The notes below the pieces were generated by a model that made no database searches, was not told the origin of the DNA, and was given only the letters and a program-made list of their open reading frames with translations. The position numbers and the translations under genes are program-made. A DNA stretch of 64,000 nt from the human T2T-CHM13v2.0 reference genome, Homo sapiens: NCBI RefSeq assembly GCF_009914755.1, contig NC_060948.1. One strand, given 5' to 3'. Of the stretch, positions 14,750 through 30,530 are shown in pieces (positions within the stretch are counted from its first letter, which is position 1; every line of letters begins with the position of its first letter).

Positions 14750-14816
14750 GTATGAGGATCAAAGAAAGGAAAGGTGTCTGTGGCTTGAGAATATGGTCAC
14801 AGGGAGAAACATGCAA

Positions 14817-14852
14817 GCACACACACACACACGCACACACACACACACACAC
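14817..14852. repeat. (CA)n microsatellite
   Basis: Seen directly. Confidence 0.95.
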
Positions 14853-14929
14853 GACACTACTGCTATAAATGGAAGGATGATCTTTGTGGGAAAATGTGTA
14901 AAAAACCAACCTGGCTAGGTACAGAAGTA

Positions 14930-15155
14930 TGTGTAGGCTTTAAAATCAGACACACTAATTTTCAGACTTGGCTCTGGAACAGTTAGCTATTTGAGTTAGA
15001 ACATGCCACATAATCACTTAGCTTTAGTTTCCTTGTCTAAAAATAGCTGTTATCTTAGTACCTTTTCAGAGGACTTTTCTAGAAATTAATGATGTAGTAT
15101 ATATAAAATATTCAGCACAGTGTCTACTATAGAATAAAACTCAATAAATGGTATC
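14930..15155 (+). mobile_element. MIR SINE
   Basis: 'gctttagtttccttgtctaaaaat...ttcagcacagtgtctactatagaataaaactcaataaatggta', followed by an ATG-rich low-complexity tail. Confidence 0.6.
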
Positions 15156-15561
15156 AATGATTATGATGATAAGCATGTCAATGATGATGATAACAGTAAT
15201 AATGATAATGATACTGTAATTATTTTTAGCATAAGCTTTAGGCAATAAATTGTGATAAATACTGTATATCATTTTATAATGCATAAAACTTTAATATTAA
15301 TTAAAACATGCCATATCACACTCACCAATCACCTACTTACTGATTTTTGAAGGACTCTTCATATCATTTTGATAAATAAGACTCATGTTACATATTTTTC
15401 CTTAGGTATAGAAATATTACTTCTACCTGTTTTTTCTTTCTAATTGGATAATTCAGAGAACAAACATTTTAAATTAGTAAGGATATGGAATATTGGAGCA
15501 ACAAAATTAATAAGCTTGATCTAATACATGTGCATGCACACACACACGCACATACACACAC

Positions 15562-15904
15562 ATGGTCAACCCTCCTTATCTGTGGGTTTCAAATTAATAG
15601 ATACAACCAACTGTGGCTGAAAAAGCATTGGGAAAAAAATAGATGATTGCATCTGTACTAATTCCTGTCATTATTCTTTAAATAATACACTAAAACAACT
15701 ATTTACATAGTATTTATATTGTATTAGGTATTATAAGTAATCTAGAAATGATTCAAAACATATGGAAGTATGTGCATAGATTATATGCAAGTATTTCATC
15801 ATTTTATATGGAATTTGAGCACCTGTGGATATTTGTATCTGTGGAGCATATCTGTGGGGATGGGTTATAGAATCAATCTCTGATGGATATCAGAGGATGA
15901 CTGT
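15562..15904. mobile_element. MER2 (TcMar-Tigger) DNA transposon
   Basis: Termini 'gtcaaccctccttatctgtgggtttc' and 'tggatatcagaggatgactg'; core 'tattaggtattataagtaatctagaaatgatt'. Confidence 0.8.
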
Positions 15905-16689
15905 GTACAGAGAGAAAGTGAAAGAGAGAGTCATCAGTAACAAATAATGGAGAAACTAGAAACCTATTAATGTTTTTCATATGCCCTTCATCTGAATATA
16001 GCTACAATGTGTTGACAGCTTCAAGTAAACATACAGAAGAGCTGTATATACAATTCAAGATCAGTGGTTGGATCTTCCTACTAGACCAGTCTGTTGAAAG
16101 AAGTTGGTAATTAATGGAGTTTGCACAGGTATGAGAAATCTATAGTAACACCCACAAGCCTAATCTAAATTTAATTGTGGTGAACGAATAATTATTAAAC
16201 ACCTGCATACCCAAACCTTATACCTGAATAAAAAGACAAGTGTTTTCCACAAATATAGGAAAAGTACAAGAGAAAGGATCTTGTGAAAGAGTGTCATAGA
16301 AAGAGAAATAATATATGACCTCCTCCCTCAAAGTTATTTATAATCAAATAGCAGAGGAAAGTATTTATATATAACTATAAGACAAGCTAAATAGGTATCC
16401 TTAAAAAGGTATAGTCACAGGAAAATGTTATATCTGAAGTGGTTCATTCTAAAAGTATGCTGAATTCTTAGCGGTAGGTAATAGGACAAGCTAGTTATAG
16501 ATGAGCCAAAGGCAATATAACTGTTCTTTTGACTCTTGAGAGTGAAAAGCCAAAAGTATGATTTCTAGTTTCCAAAAAGGCATAGTGAACTGGACTAAAA
16601 GAAACATCAATTTCCTGTTTGTCAGTTATGGAATGAAAAATCAGAGTGGAGATTTCACTTTTTAAAGGATGTGATAGATTATCACAATC

Positions 16690-16885
16690 AGCCACAATAT
16701 TATGTAGCTCCTCCCATTAAGAAGTTAAATCTATATTTGTACCCTTTGAATTTCACCTTGGTCATGTGAATTGTTTTGGCTATTTGAATATTATTAAATA
16801 TAATACAAGCAGAGACTTTAAAAGTATTTGCACATTAGAGCAAGCCCTCTTTTGCTAATTGGAACTCTTCTGTACCTATTGTGAA
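16690..16885 (+). mobile_element. MLT1F-like MaLR LTR fragment
   Basis: 'ctcctcccattaagaag...ggtcatgtgaattgttttggc...caagcagagactttaaaagtatttgcacattag'. Confidence 0.55.
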
Positions 16886-16889
16886 AGAG

Positions 16890-17896
16890 CATAGAAAACA
16901 TAGATAAATCGGACTTCATCAAAATTAAACTTTTGTGCTACAAATGATACCATCAAGTAAGGAAAAATATAGACCACGGAATGGGAAAAAGTATGGGAGA
17001 AGATATTTGCAAATCATAACTCCTAGAACTTAATAATACAAAGACAAATAATCAGATTAAAATATGGGCAAAATATTTGAATAGATGTTTCTCAAAAGAA
17101 TATATACAAGAGGACAATAAGCATGTGAAAAGATGCTTAATATCAGTGGCCATTAGAAAAATGCAAATCAAAACCACAATGAGGTACCACTTCATTACAA
17201 ATAGAATGGCTATAATCCAAAAGATAAGTCTTGACAAGCATGTGGAAAAATTGAAATCATCATACACTGCTGGTAGGAATGTAAAATGGTGTAGCCACTT
17301 TGAAAATAGTCTAAAGCTTCTAAAATGCTTAAACATAGGTTTATAATATGACCCAGCAATTCTATTCCAAGATATAGGCCCAAGAGAAATAAAAAGATAT
17401 GTTCACACAAAAATTTGTTCATGAATGTTTATAATATTCACAGTAGCCAAAAGGTGGAAACAACTCAAATGTTTATCAATGAATGAATTATCAGTATGTT
17501 GTAAATCCATTTAACGGAATATCATTCAGCAATAAAAAGAATGAAATGTTAACAGATGCTTAAACTCAGATGGACCTTGAAAACATTATGCTAAGTGAAA
17601 GAAGCCAGTCACAAAAGACCACATATAATATGATTCTATTTATATTAAGTATCCAGAATAGGCAAGTGTGTAGAGACATAAAGTATTAATGGTTGCCTAG
17701 GACTGGGATGAATGAGGATTGGGGAGAAATACTTTAAGTGTGTCGTGGTTCTTTTTAGGATGATAATAATGTTCTAAAATTGATTGTGATAATGATTTCA
17801 CAACTTTGGGAATACACTAAAAACCATTGAATTGTATAATTTCAGTGGGTAAATTGTTTGGTATGTGAATTATGTCTCAATAAAACTGCTACAAAA
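16890..17896 (+). mobile_element. L1MB7/8-like 3' end
   Basis: ORF 17077..17346 ([11 protein letters not shown]) is ORF2 C-terminal; 3'UTR 'gaagccagtcacaaaagaccac...ggtatgtgaattatgtctcaataaa'. Confidence 0.85.
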
Positions 17897-19789
17897 GAAT
17901 CAAAGTGAAGGACATAAAACAATACCTGAGCAACTTGAAAAAAAGTTTTTAAAAATGAAGTACATATTATAAAAATATTAACGATGCCAAAATTAATTTA
18001 CAAATTTAATGAACTTTCAGTTAGAATACAACTACTGAGAGCTAGAATTCTTAAAATTGGTTAAAAATAATTTAAAAGACTATATAATAAATGCCTGAGT
18101 ATATCCAATAAAATAGTAGAAAAGGCAAATAGAACTTGCCTTAGTAGCTATAGAATGTATCAGAAAGCCACTATAATTAAAACAGTATAGTATTGCTATA
18201 AAATTATGAAATTAGGTTATTTAAAATAATAAAGATATTTGATGCATAGTGTATGCTTACAGGGTTTTGATGAGTGAAAGGTATCACCCATGAATTTTAT
18301 ACTCCGGAGTTTTCATTTATGTGTGAAGGTATTTAAAATAATTTCTTGCATGTACATAGACTTAAGATGTGGAAAACAATTATCGACATATTTCATGTTA
18401 TTTAAAAGCAATAAAAATACTCATAGATGAGGATGCTGGAATATAAAAGGATTGAAGAGAGTTTTGAAAATCTAAAAGCAATGGTAAACATGGCTTCAGA
18501 ATATATTACACTTCTTATGAGTATATTATATTTTTGGAGAGCATATTTAAAATAATAGACACTAGATCATACCAGCTCAAATTAACAGATAGGAGGATGT
18601 GTAAAAATGTTCTCATTTTACCTAATTACTGTCTCATTCTAATGCTGATCATCAAGTAAATATAGATTTAGGAATTATTTAAAAATTAAAATTAGGACCT
18701 TATATGAATAAATACGTTTCTTTGCCAATATTGCTTTTGTCGTTACACACAATATCTATTACACGTACACTGGTGAACACACAATAATTCTGTCTTTCTA
18801 GTCATATATATTCATTGTAGGACTGTAAATAAAACATCCTGTTCTCCTTAGCCAAGGAGTAGTTGTATGTCCCAGACTAGTGAATTCATACCTGAAACAC
18901 AAAAAACGGAAAAATCATTTTAAGTTAATTTATTCTATTGGTGGTATCATGATGAATATTCTCTGATACCTGGACCCCTATTTCTTCCCTGGAAGCTACA
19001 TTTTTTTTTCTGATTCTGGTTCTGTAGCCTTCCTATCAGTCCTATGATCCCACTGATACCTTTCCCAAAAATTGTTTATTCTGTCCAAACTAGTGAGACA
19101 CAAGTTTTATTCTTTACAGCCAACGAAGGTAACTGATACGATTATCAACACTTAAAACAAGTTTTACAATTTTGAATAGAGGTACAAGTCTAAGAAAAAA
19201 AACACTAACACAGAAAATTAAAAATTCAAATAAAAATAAAATAGGATGGAAATTTAAATGACATATATAATATCAAATATATACAGTGAAACAATAAATA
19301 TACCATTATGTACTAAAATAGACTTTGTGTAGGACAAGTATTAAAGATAAAAAGTCTATGTAGAAGGAGGCCACAGTATGTAAAGTAAATGAGTGAGTCT
19401 AGGTATATGTGCAGTAGAAACACATACCTATGTGTATCAGAAGACATAAACAAGAGTGTTCATGGTTGCATTTGACATAATAGTCCCAAACTCAAAAAAG
19501 TACACATAACAAAAATATTAGAAAGAGACCATTTCATATACATGTTCACAATTTCTTCCAAAAACATGAGACAAATATCTATGTTATTGACAACATTGCA
19601 CATCCTAGAAAGAAAAAGTCATGCATATGCTTATAAAATACATATAAAATATAATTTCATATAAAATACATATAAAAATAATTTCATATAAAATACCTGA
19701 AATTATACATAATATATTACACAGCATGGTGGGTGTGGTGAAGAAAAATAAGACAGGGTAAACAGGTGGAGACTATGGTGATGGTGAGG

Positions 19790-20325
19790 TAGATTACAGA
19801 GGGTGGTCCTAGCTGCCCTTGAACAAAAACAAGAAACATGTCAAATTGATGGAGAAAACAAACCACCTGACAGTGCACAAACTGCATCAAGGTCTTGGGG
19901 TTAGAACATACTGCAGCAAGGAGAAAGATGAGGAGCAGAAGGGAAAATTCCCAAATTTGTGCAAGCATCATAACCTATGATTAGCGTCTTTGGGCTAACT
20001 TGTGCTCATTCTAATAGAAGAAGCACACCCCTGGATGGAGAATTAAGAGGCTAATGACACAAGATATAATGTACTACTATGTACCGCCACTGCACATGCA
20101 GGCCTGAAAACCACCCGCAACATGCTTAATATTATAGCAGCACTTCTTTCCCGCCTCTGTATAAATAATCATGTAAAACCCCCATAAATGGAGTTTCCCT
20201 AGTGCCAGTTGGTGCTGTCTCATTCTCAAGCAGCCCACTCTAACTTCGCTTTCAGAATTTATTTTTGCCTTGCAATAAAGCTTCTTTGCTTACTTTAACT
20301 TTGATTTAATTCTGTTTTGCAAACA
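19790..20325 (+). mobile_element. ERV1 solo LTR, MER66-like
   Basis: 'gggaaaattcccaaatttgtgcaag...atgattagcgtctttgggcta...cacacccctggatggag...gctaatga', TATA-like 'tataaataatcatgtaa' and AATAAA at about 20274. Confidence 0.55.
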
Positions 20326-20344
20326 TGATCGATATTTGCATAAC

Positions 20345-20810
20345 AAAACATGGAACACATTATGGTGGGAGGAGACTGACCAACAGTGAGAGTAATAGAA
20401 TATGTGATAGGAGAAGCAGCTGAGGGCTGTCATCTTTACAGGGCCCTGTAAGCCACTGTAAGTAATTTAGTTTTTACTTTCAGTGAGAGGGGTCATTTTT
20501 GGTAGGTTACTAACCTATATCTGTAAAGTATCAATCTGGGACAATATGATGAATAGACTATAAAAAAGCAAGTGTGGATTCATGGAGAAGCATTAAGAGG
20601 CTACTGAAAAATAATCTGAATGAGAGAATAATAGTGGTTTTGACTAGGTAGTGTAGGGAGATGATGAGAGTGGTCAGATTATTACAAAGTTATATCTGAT
20701 TAATTGAATGTGGTATCTGAAAAGGGAAGACAAAGTCATTGACCATTTTAGGGAATTTGACCTGCACAACATGAAGAAGAATGAAGTTGCCTTTAACTAC
20801 TGAGATGTGT
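20345..20810 (-). mobile_element. L2 fragment
   Basis: 'gggccctgtaagccactgtaag...tttttactttcagtgag', 'gaatagacta...cattaagaggctactg...tgagagaataatagtggttttgactagg'. Confidence 0.6.
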
Positions 20811-20949
20811 GTCATATATATGTATGTATGAAAATGACTTGAAGTATATGTATGTATCATACAGTTACAGTAGTTACATCTATGTGTGGAATTAGAGATT
20901 TTTTTCTTTTTGCATATCTATATTTGGCATTAATTTTATTCAGAAATGC

Positions 20950-21453
20950 ATTGGCTTTTATTGCAGTCATACAAATTACCATGAACTTACTAACTTAAAA
21001 CAATATAAGTTTATTATCTTCTAGTTCTTTAGGTCAGATGTCTGATACTGTTCTGACTGAGCTAAAATCAAGGTCTTGGCATGGCTGTATTCCTTTATGG
21101 AGGCTCCAGAAGAGAATCCATTTCTTTGCTATTCCCAGCTTCTGAAGTCCATCCACATTCCTTGAGTTGAGGATCCCTTCCACCTTCTTTACAGCCAGGA
21201 ATCTAATGTCTCTCTGAACCTTTTTACATTGTCTCAAATTTCTCTTTCAGCATAGCAGGAGAAAGTTCTTCACTTTTAAAGATGCATATGATTAGGTGGA
21301 GCTAACCTGGATAATATAGGATAATCTACACACCAATATGTTTTTAACCATAATCACATCTGTAGAGTTTCTTTTACCATGTAGATAGATATTAATGGGT
21401 TCTGAGAATTAGGATGTAGACATATTTGTTTGACTATTATTTTGCCTACCACA
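20950..21453 (-). mobile_element. MLT1D-like MaLR LTR
   Basis: 'acaaattaccatgaact...aacaatataagtttattatctt...gctaaaatcaaggt...ggaggctccagaagagaatcc...tattttgcctaccaca'. Confidence 0.75.
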
Positions 21454-21798
21454 ACAAATGGCCATTTCTGGAAGAAACACGTATGTGAATGAGGCAATAT
21501 TCAAAATATATTCTTACACCCAAAACCCATTAATGACTACTGTTTAATTTTTAGCTAACTTCCTTCTAAATTCTAAGCATGCAGACTTTCTCTTCTTTTT
21601 CCAATTAAAAATATACTATACACAAATTTATTCACTCAATATTTATTCAACAGTGCCAGGCCATATGTTTGACAGTGGATATAAAAACTACAACCATAGT
21701 TTTATAGCATTATATTATAAGCACTTACACTGTTATTAAATAATTAAAAAAATAACTTTCAAAGCATAATAAGAATGTACTAAAATTCATTTAACATT

Positions 21799-22157
21799 TG
21801 TATTAGTCTGTTTTCACACTGCTGATAAAGACATACCTAAGACTGGGCAACTTACGAAAGGGAGAGGTTTAATTGGACTTACAGTCCTGTGTGTAGCTGG
21901 GGAAGCCTCACAATCATGTCACAAGGTAAGGAAGAGCAAGTCACATCTTACATGGATGGCAGCAAGCAAACAGAGAGAGCTTGTGCAGGGGAGCTCCTCT
22001 TTTTAAAACCATCAAATCTAGTGAGACTTATTCATTATCAAGAGAACAGCACATGAAAGACTTGCCCCCATGATTCAATTACCTCCCACTGGGTCCCTCT
22101 CAAAACATGTGGGAATTCAAGATGAGATTTGGGTGGGGACACAGCCAAACCATATCA
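21799..22157 (-). mobile_element. THE1A/B solo LTR
   Basis: Bounded by 'tgtattagtctgttttcacactgctgataaagacatacc' and 'acagccaaaccatatca'; 5-bp TSD ACATT at 21794-21798 and 22158-22162. Confidence 0.92.
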
Positions 22158-23429
22158 ACATTGGTCCAATATTGGGCCGTAAAGTTAGTATATTATAATT
22201 TAACCATAAACATATATGCACTTTTGTGTATTTCCTGATTATCTGCCCAAAAAGTCATCCTAGAAGAGGATCAACCACAAAAAAGTACATAAGCATTTTA
22301 AAATATAATTTCAACAATGCAAGAGTTTTTGGTGTATTTATATACCAATTTATGTAATCACAGTAACAGGGTACCAGGTATTTTGTCTGTATATATTGAT
22401 ACAAATATGATGTGTATCATTCTCCTTTTCCACTTGACAATCTATCTCAGAGACCTTTCAATTTCAGTAGGTATAAATGTAGTTTGTTATTTTTAAATAT
22501 CATATAACACTGAATAAAATATATATACCATGTTTAATATGGTGACTGTCATAGTGTTGGATATTTACACATTTCCTCTTTGTTTGTTATTATAATCTTT
22601 TGTTTCAGATTCATAAACTGATTTCCAAAAGGCTGAAGCAATTTAGATGGTAAGTACTACCATATGTTTATGGGGCTGACTATCTCATATACCCTTGCCA
22701 ATTGTTTTAACATAAATTTATTTTATTATAAACAATGTTGAATATTTCATTGGCTTATGACCATTTATATTTCTTTTTTATTAATTATTTATATTTCTTA
22801 CCACAAAATAACACTCTTTATATATCAGTTAGTTAATTTTGACACCTAAAATGATCATGATTGACCCTGCATATTGGTGATCAATAGTGCTAGTGGCTGA
22901 GTTGTAATTAGGAAAGTCAAGAATTAACAAAGAGATTATACTTCTGTGCATGAGGACCAGAAAATGAAGAGCTCTGAGATTAGGGATAGACTTCAATGAG
23001 AAGGTTTCCACACAGGAATGAATAGTTCAGTTCAGTATGGCTGATATATGGATCTAGTGCATTAGAAATATGATAAATAATCTTAGAAAAGTAGTTAGGG
23101 ACCATATTGTGGAGAGCCATAAATTCAAGATTAAAAGTCTTTTTCCACCCTATGGTAAATAAAAAGCAGAAAGTGCATTAGAACTGTGCTGTAGAAACAT
23201 TAATCTCTTCAGTCCTAAATTGGAGTCAGGAAAGGAGTCCTGCTACTAATAAAAAAAAAGAAAACAAATCTGAAGTGGTAGAAGTAAAAATCTTGTTTAC
23301 TTGCAACTGATTTGATGTGAGAAGTGGGGTGAGGTGTGAAAAAAATCAAAAATGATTATAAGGGTTGGGGTGAGGACGATGACAATAAAATCAGTTAAAA
23401 AAAATGGTAAGGGAAATCGTGAGCTACAG

Positions 23430-23660
23430 CAAAGCAAAGTAGTTAAGGCCAAGAACTGTAGCGCTAGATTGCTCAATCTAAAATCCTGGCTCTACTATTT
23501 GCCAGCTGTGTGATCACAGCCACTAAAACTTTCTGTGGCTCCGTTTTTCCATCTCTAAAATAGGAATGATTTTAAGAAATAGTATCTTCAGAAGGTTGTT
23601 GCAAGAATGTACCCCTTAATTTATGTAAAGCACCTAGAACACTGCTTGGCACTTTACTAT
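23430..23660 (+). mobile_element. MIR SINE
   Basis: 'aaatcctggctctactatttgccagctgtgtgatc...ctccgtttttccatctctaaaatagg...gtaaagcacctagaacactgcttggcac'. Confidence 0.75.
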
Positions 23661-23689
23661 TATTTACTGGTTTTTAAAGAAAGATGACC

Positions 23690-24706
23690 TCACTAAAAAC
23701 TGATGAAGATCTTAACAGATACCTCCATAAAAAATACATATGAAAAATAAACACATGAAAAGATATTCCACATCATATGTCATCAGGGAAATGAAAAGTA
23801 AAACAACAGTGAGATACCACTACACACCTATTAGATTGGCCAAAATTCAGAACACTGACAGCACCAAATGCTGGTGAGGATGGAGACCAACAGGAACTCT
23901 CATTCATTGCTGATGGGAATGCAAAATTGTGCAACCACTTAGGAAGACAGTTTGGCAGTTTCTTACCAAAGTAAACATACTCTTATCATATGATCTATCA
24001 ATCACACTCCTTGATATTTACCCAAAGAGTTGGAAATGTGTATCCACACAAAAACCTGCCCATGGATGTTTATAAGTAGATTTGTTTATGATTACCAGAA
24101 CTTAGATGCAACCAAGATGTTCTTCAGTAGATGGATGAATAAATAAACTGCCACACATGCATACATTGGAATATTGTCCAAGGCTAAAAATAAATGAGCT
24201 ATCAAGCCATGAGAAGACATGGAGGAAACCTAAATGTGTAATACTAAGTGAAAGAGGCCAACCTGAAAAGGCTACATATTCTATGATTCCCACATATTTT
24301 ATGATTCTAAATATGGAAAAGGCAATACTACTGAGATGGTAAAAATATTAGTGGTTTCAAGGAGTTAGAGGGCAGGGAGGGATCAATAGGTAGAGCACAG
24401 ATAATTTTTAGGGCAGTAAAACTACTCACTCAATGTAATACTATGATGGTGGAACCATGTCATAATAAATTTGCCCAAACCCATAGAATTCCCACCACCA
24501 ACAGTTGACCCTAATTTAAACTATGTACTCTGGTGATAATGATGTTTTAATGTAAGTTCATCAATTGTAACAAATGTACCACTGTGATGGGGGATATTGA
24601 TAATGGTAGAGAGAGTGCATATATGGTACACAGAGTATATGGGAACTCTCTGTACCTTCCACTTAATTTTGCGATGAACCTAAAACTCTAAAAAATATAG
24701 TCTATT
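23690..24706 (+). mobile_element. L1MC1/2-like 3' end
   Basis: 'aacactgacagcaccaaatgctggtgaggat', 'gagctatcaagccatgagaagacatggaggaa', 3'UTR 'gggaactctctgtaccttcc...gaacctaaaactctaaaaaatatagtctatt'. Confidence 0.85.
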
Positions 24707-24888
24707 GGTAAAGCTTTCAATTGTATTTTGAAATTACTTCATTAGTTTTTTCAATTCCAGATGCTCTGATGAATTCCTTTTTAAAGTGTCTATCTTTTCC
24801 TTCATTTCCTTCATTTCCCTGATTGCTTTAGAACTTTTTTGTGTTGATTTTCAAACTTCTCCTGGATCTTATTGAGTCTCTAGCAATC
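24707..24888 (-). mobile_element. L1PB-type ORF1 fragment, inverted relative to the adjacent L1
   Basis: 'aagctttcaattgtattttgaaatt...tttttcaattccagatgctctgat...ttgattttcaaacttctcctggatcttattgag' resembles minus-strand L1PB ORF1. Confidence 0.55.
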
Positions 24889-26895
<2,007 letters not shown>

Positions 26896-29109
26896 ACAAA
26901 AATCAAAGATGACATTTTAAGTTTTAAAATGTTGAGTTTATTAATTATTCAGGTATGAGGAGTTAAAAATGGTTTCCAAAGCTCAAATTATAAGAAGGGC
27001 TTGATATACAATTTGGGGTCAATTTTATAGGTATAACTGAAGCACTCTAGCAGTGAATGGAATAAACACAGGAAAAGAAAGAAAAAGTAAAGAGGGGCAA
27101 AGTGAGAAAAGGGTAAAGTTGAGAGAGTATTTAAATTTATGAAGTCGAAGACCATGGAGAAGAAGACACAGACAAAGATCAGTAAAATTGTTAAGAAAAC
27201 TAATAGGATGATGAAGACTCAGACAAACAAGAGAAAAATTTTACAAGAAAAGGTCAGACAACAGTATGAATGGCTGCAGAGAGCATGGGCTTTTTTTTTT
27301 CTTTATATTTTGGAAGCCCTTGAGTTTTCAGAGCTTCTATCCACATACAAGAATCTCTTCTGGAGACCTGATCAAGCCTACTTTAAACTGGGTTTCTATT
27401 TCAATGAAGTTCACTACCAAGACGTTTTTATCTCCCCTGAGGGTTACAGCAACTAGCAAAGTTCTCCTGGGTAGATGTGACCATGATCTATATCTGCTTA
27501 CAAAAATGAGGAGGAAATACAGCCATCCTTGTACTATTTGGATTATAAAAATGCTGTGTTATGGTTTTACTGAAAGTGGCTCTCCAAGTTCAGAAAGATA
27601 ATTCATTCCTCCTCTTGGTCCTAGGGAATAGACTGCCACTAGAACTTAGAGAGTTATCAGAATAGATGACAGGTGCAAACATAAGTGTTAAGGGGAAAAG
27701 AATGCATTAAATCTCTTGTGAAAATAATCCAATGAAAAGTTCAATTATTCAGGATGAATTTTTTGAATTTCTCCTTCCGTAGTTGGGCATTAGAGCAGGA
27801 ATGGATAAAATCAGAAAAGATAGTCGGTATAGGAAATTCTTAGTATAAGCTAATTCATTACAATTTCAGGGGCCTTTAACACCTCACTAACAGCTTGCCT
27901 GAAGGTTAGCATTTACTGTTTTGAACTGCCAACATCTTGCTTTTATGGGAAACATTTATATGCTAAATTGTCTATTATGTTAAGCTGTAAGTTGTCATTT
28001 AGCAGCATCAGAAATAAGATTTGACTATAAGTAGTTCTATTTTATTAGTGCTATGCCAGACTTCCTAACAGCTCAAAATTCCTAAAGGCTGAAATTGATT
28101 GCATCTTTTTCAGAAGGTGCTTGTCTAAAGGAATTTGTTATAAATAATACTACATTTGCATAGATTTGAAGTTTTCAGAACTGGGTCATCAGGAAAAGTG
28201 AAAAAAAATATTTTATTTGATCTTACCCTTAAGCAAATAATGTGACATATTTAAGCAATTATATCAAAAAAATAAAAGTACAATCAACTAATGACTATTC
28301 TTTTCTTAATGATTTGAGAGTCAATTAGCAGGAAACTCCAGGGAAATGGATGTTGAGTAATAATGTGGTATTAAAAACATTCTCACATATACAGAGAGTT
28401 GCCAGGCATTCCTATGGTTCATTAGAGTTCACAACTCTATTGACCATTATATAATATAAAAAACTTAACAAAGAAAATTCAATATGTCAAATCTCAATTT
28501 GATGTAGAAAGGTAGAAAGAATATTGCTTAAATGCATACATTGAAAAGCAAATTGAGAAATTCTAGTCAGAAATATAATTTCCACACATGGTAGATAGAA
28601 TAGGTTAAAAATATGTTCCACTTAGGAAACACTATGCCACCCACCATTTTTCCACACTTCTTTCAGAATCTTTTTCTTCTATACTTAAAATGTATTGGCT
28701 TTAAAATACAAGGTGAACATAACATTTATAAATCAAGCCATAGCATTTTAACTAACATTTTGCATTTATGCATCATTGTATAAAGAATTTCATTGCCTTG
28801 AAGATCTTTTTTTTCCCTTCTATCAAAACCTTTGTATAGATTTTTCCCCCTTACTATTGAAAGCATTAGCTATATAAGAAAAACTAAATAAAGTAAAACA
28901 AATATTTATTGAGCACATAATATGTATCATATACTAGGTTAGCTTCTATTGGGCAGATTGCTCACCACTCTATCATTTGTTTTGTCCCTTTCCATTTGGT
29001 CATAGCTATTTAATATAGATTGGATTAACCCTATACCCAGTAACAACAGTGGGAACTTATTTTTTCAAGTAATTTATTTTGCCAATATTACTTGTTCAGT
29101 GTGGGTACA

Positions 29110-29816
29110 TAGAAAGTGTCTTTGCAAAGATTTTAACAGTGAAAAAATTATGGCAGTGAAAGAAGGTCTGGACTATCCAACTCCATCTGGCCTCCAACCT
29201 CCAAACTTCCTTTGTTCATACCTGGGTGTAGGCCGACTTAAGTTTGGGAGGAATTTAGTTTATAGTTTAACTTTAAAACAAATATAACTGTCCTTACCCA
29301 AAACACATGCCCTCCTTACTTGGGGACAAAACTGCCTTTATAAAACCAACAAATTAGCCAGAAGACTAGAAATTATGGCTCAGGAGTCATGCAGCCAGAG
29401 GCCACAAGATTCCTAACCTCACGATTGATCCTATAGATAACATTACTATTATAAAATCTAAGATTTGTGTTTAAGGTAGTTTTCAGATCTTGCATTTTGT
29501 TGGATAAGTTGGTGTCACTCAGAATGGTAAACTGGCTCATTTGTTGTTTTGTTTTATGCTCCCCACCCTCAGGAACCAACTCAATGCAAGAGGACAGCTT
29601 CAACACCCTATGATTTCATCCCCAACCCAACCAATCAGGATTCCCCATTTTCTAGCCCCCTGCCCACCAAACTTTGAATTTTGGGGGAGGATTATTTGAG
29701 TAATAATAAAACTCTGGTCTCTCAGCTAGCTCAACTCTTTCTCTATTGCAATTTCCCTTTCTTGGTTATCAGCTTTATCTGAGCAGTGGGGAAGGTAAGC
29801 CCATTGGGTGATTACA
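29110..29816 (+). mobile_element. LTR8/LTR8A-like ERV1 solo LTR
   Basis: 'ctttgcaaagatt...attatggcagtgaaag...ctccatct', 'ttgggaggaatttagtttatagtttaac', 'ccaaccaatcag', 'taataataaaactc', end 'cccattgggtgattaca'. Confidence 0.85.
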
Positions 29817-29819
29817 GTA

Positions 29820-30197
29820 TGTATTGGTTCATTTTCATACTGCTATAAAGAACTGCCTGAGACTAAGTAATTTATGAAGCAAAGAGGTTTAATTGACTAA
29901 CAGTTCAGCATGGCTGGGGAAGCCTCAGGAAACTTACAATCATGGCGGGAGGTGAAGGAGAAGCAAGGCAACTTCTTCACAAGGCAGTAGGAAGGAGAAG
30001 TGCTGAGCGAAGAGGGAAGAGCCCCTCATAAAACCATCAGATCTCATAAGAACTCACTCACTATCACAAGAACAGCATGGGGGAAACTGCCCCTGTGATT
30101 CAATTACCTCCACCTGGTTTCACCCTTGACATGTGGGGATTATGGAGATTATAATTCGAGATATGATTCAGGTGAGGCACAAAGCCTAACCATATCA
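29820..30197 (-). mobile_element. THE1D-like solo LTR
   Basis: 'tgtattggttcattttcatactgctataaagaactgcctgagac' to 'aaagcctaaccatatca'. Confidence 0.9.
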
Positions 30198-30530
30198 CAG
30201 CGTGACTGAGAAAATCTAATCATAAGACTTTTTGTTCATTATTTGGAGGAGAGGTGCCCTCATCTTTCATAAGAAAGCATGTAGACCTGGGGGCTGCTGT
30301 CTGACACCTCACTGCAATGAGAGTAGTCAGCCTGAGAATAAAGCCCACATGAGAGAAGGGAAGAGCCAAGAGAATTAAGAAAAACCTAGCTACAATCCTG
30401 GTAGTATCACACATCTCTGGATTCAACCAACCGTGCATCCCGTCCTAACTCTAAACCCATATATAATAATTACTTTTAAAATAATTTTGAATTGCCCTTT
30501 TATGACTTGTAAACCAAAGAAACTACCCTT
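30198..30530 (+). mobile_element. Old MLT1 (K/L-like) LTR remnant, probably the host of the two younger LTRs
   Basis: 'cctgggggctgctg...gcctgagaataaagccca...agagccaagaga...gacttgtaaaccaaaga'. Confidence 0.45.

Noticed and set aside
27139-27601. Two overlapping ORFs of 105 and 111 aa
   Set aside because: No recognisable homology, partly L2-derived, span a poly(T) run and lack splice or promoter context
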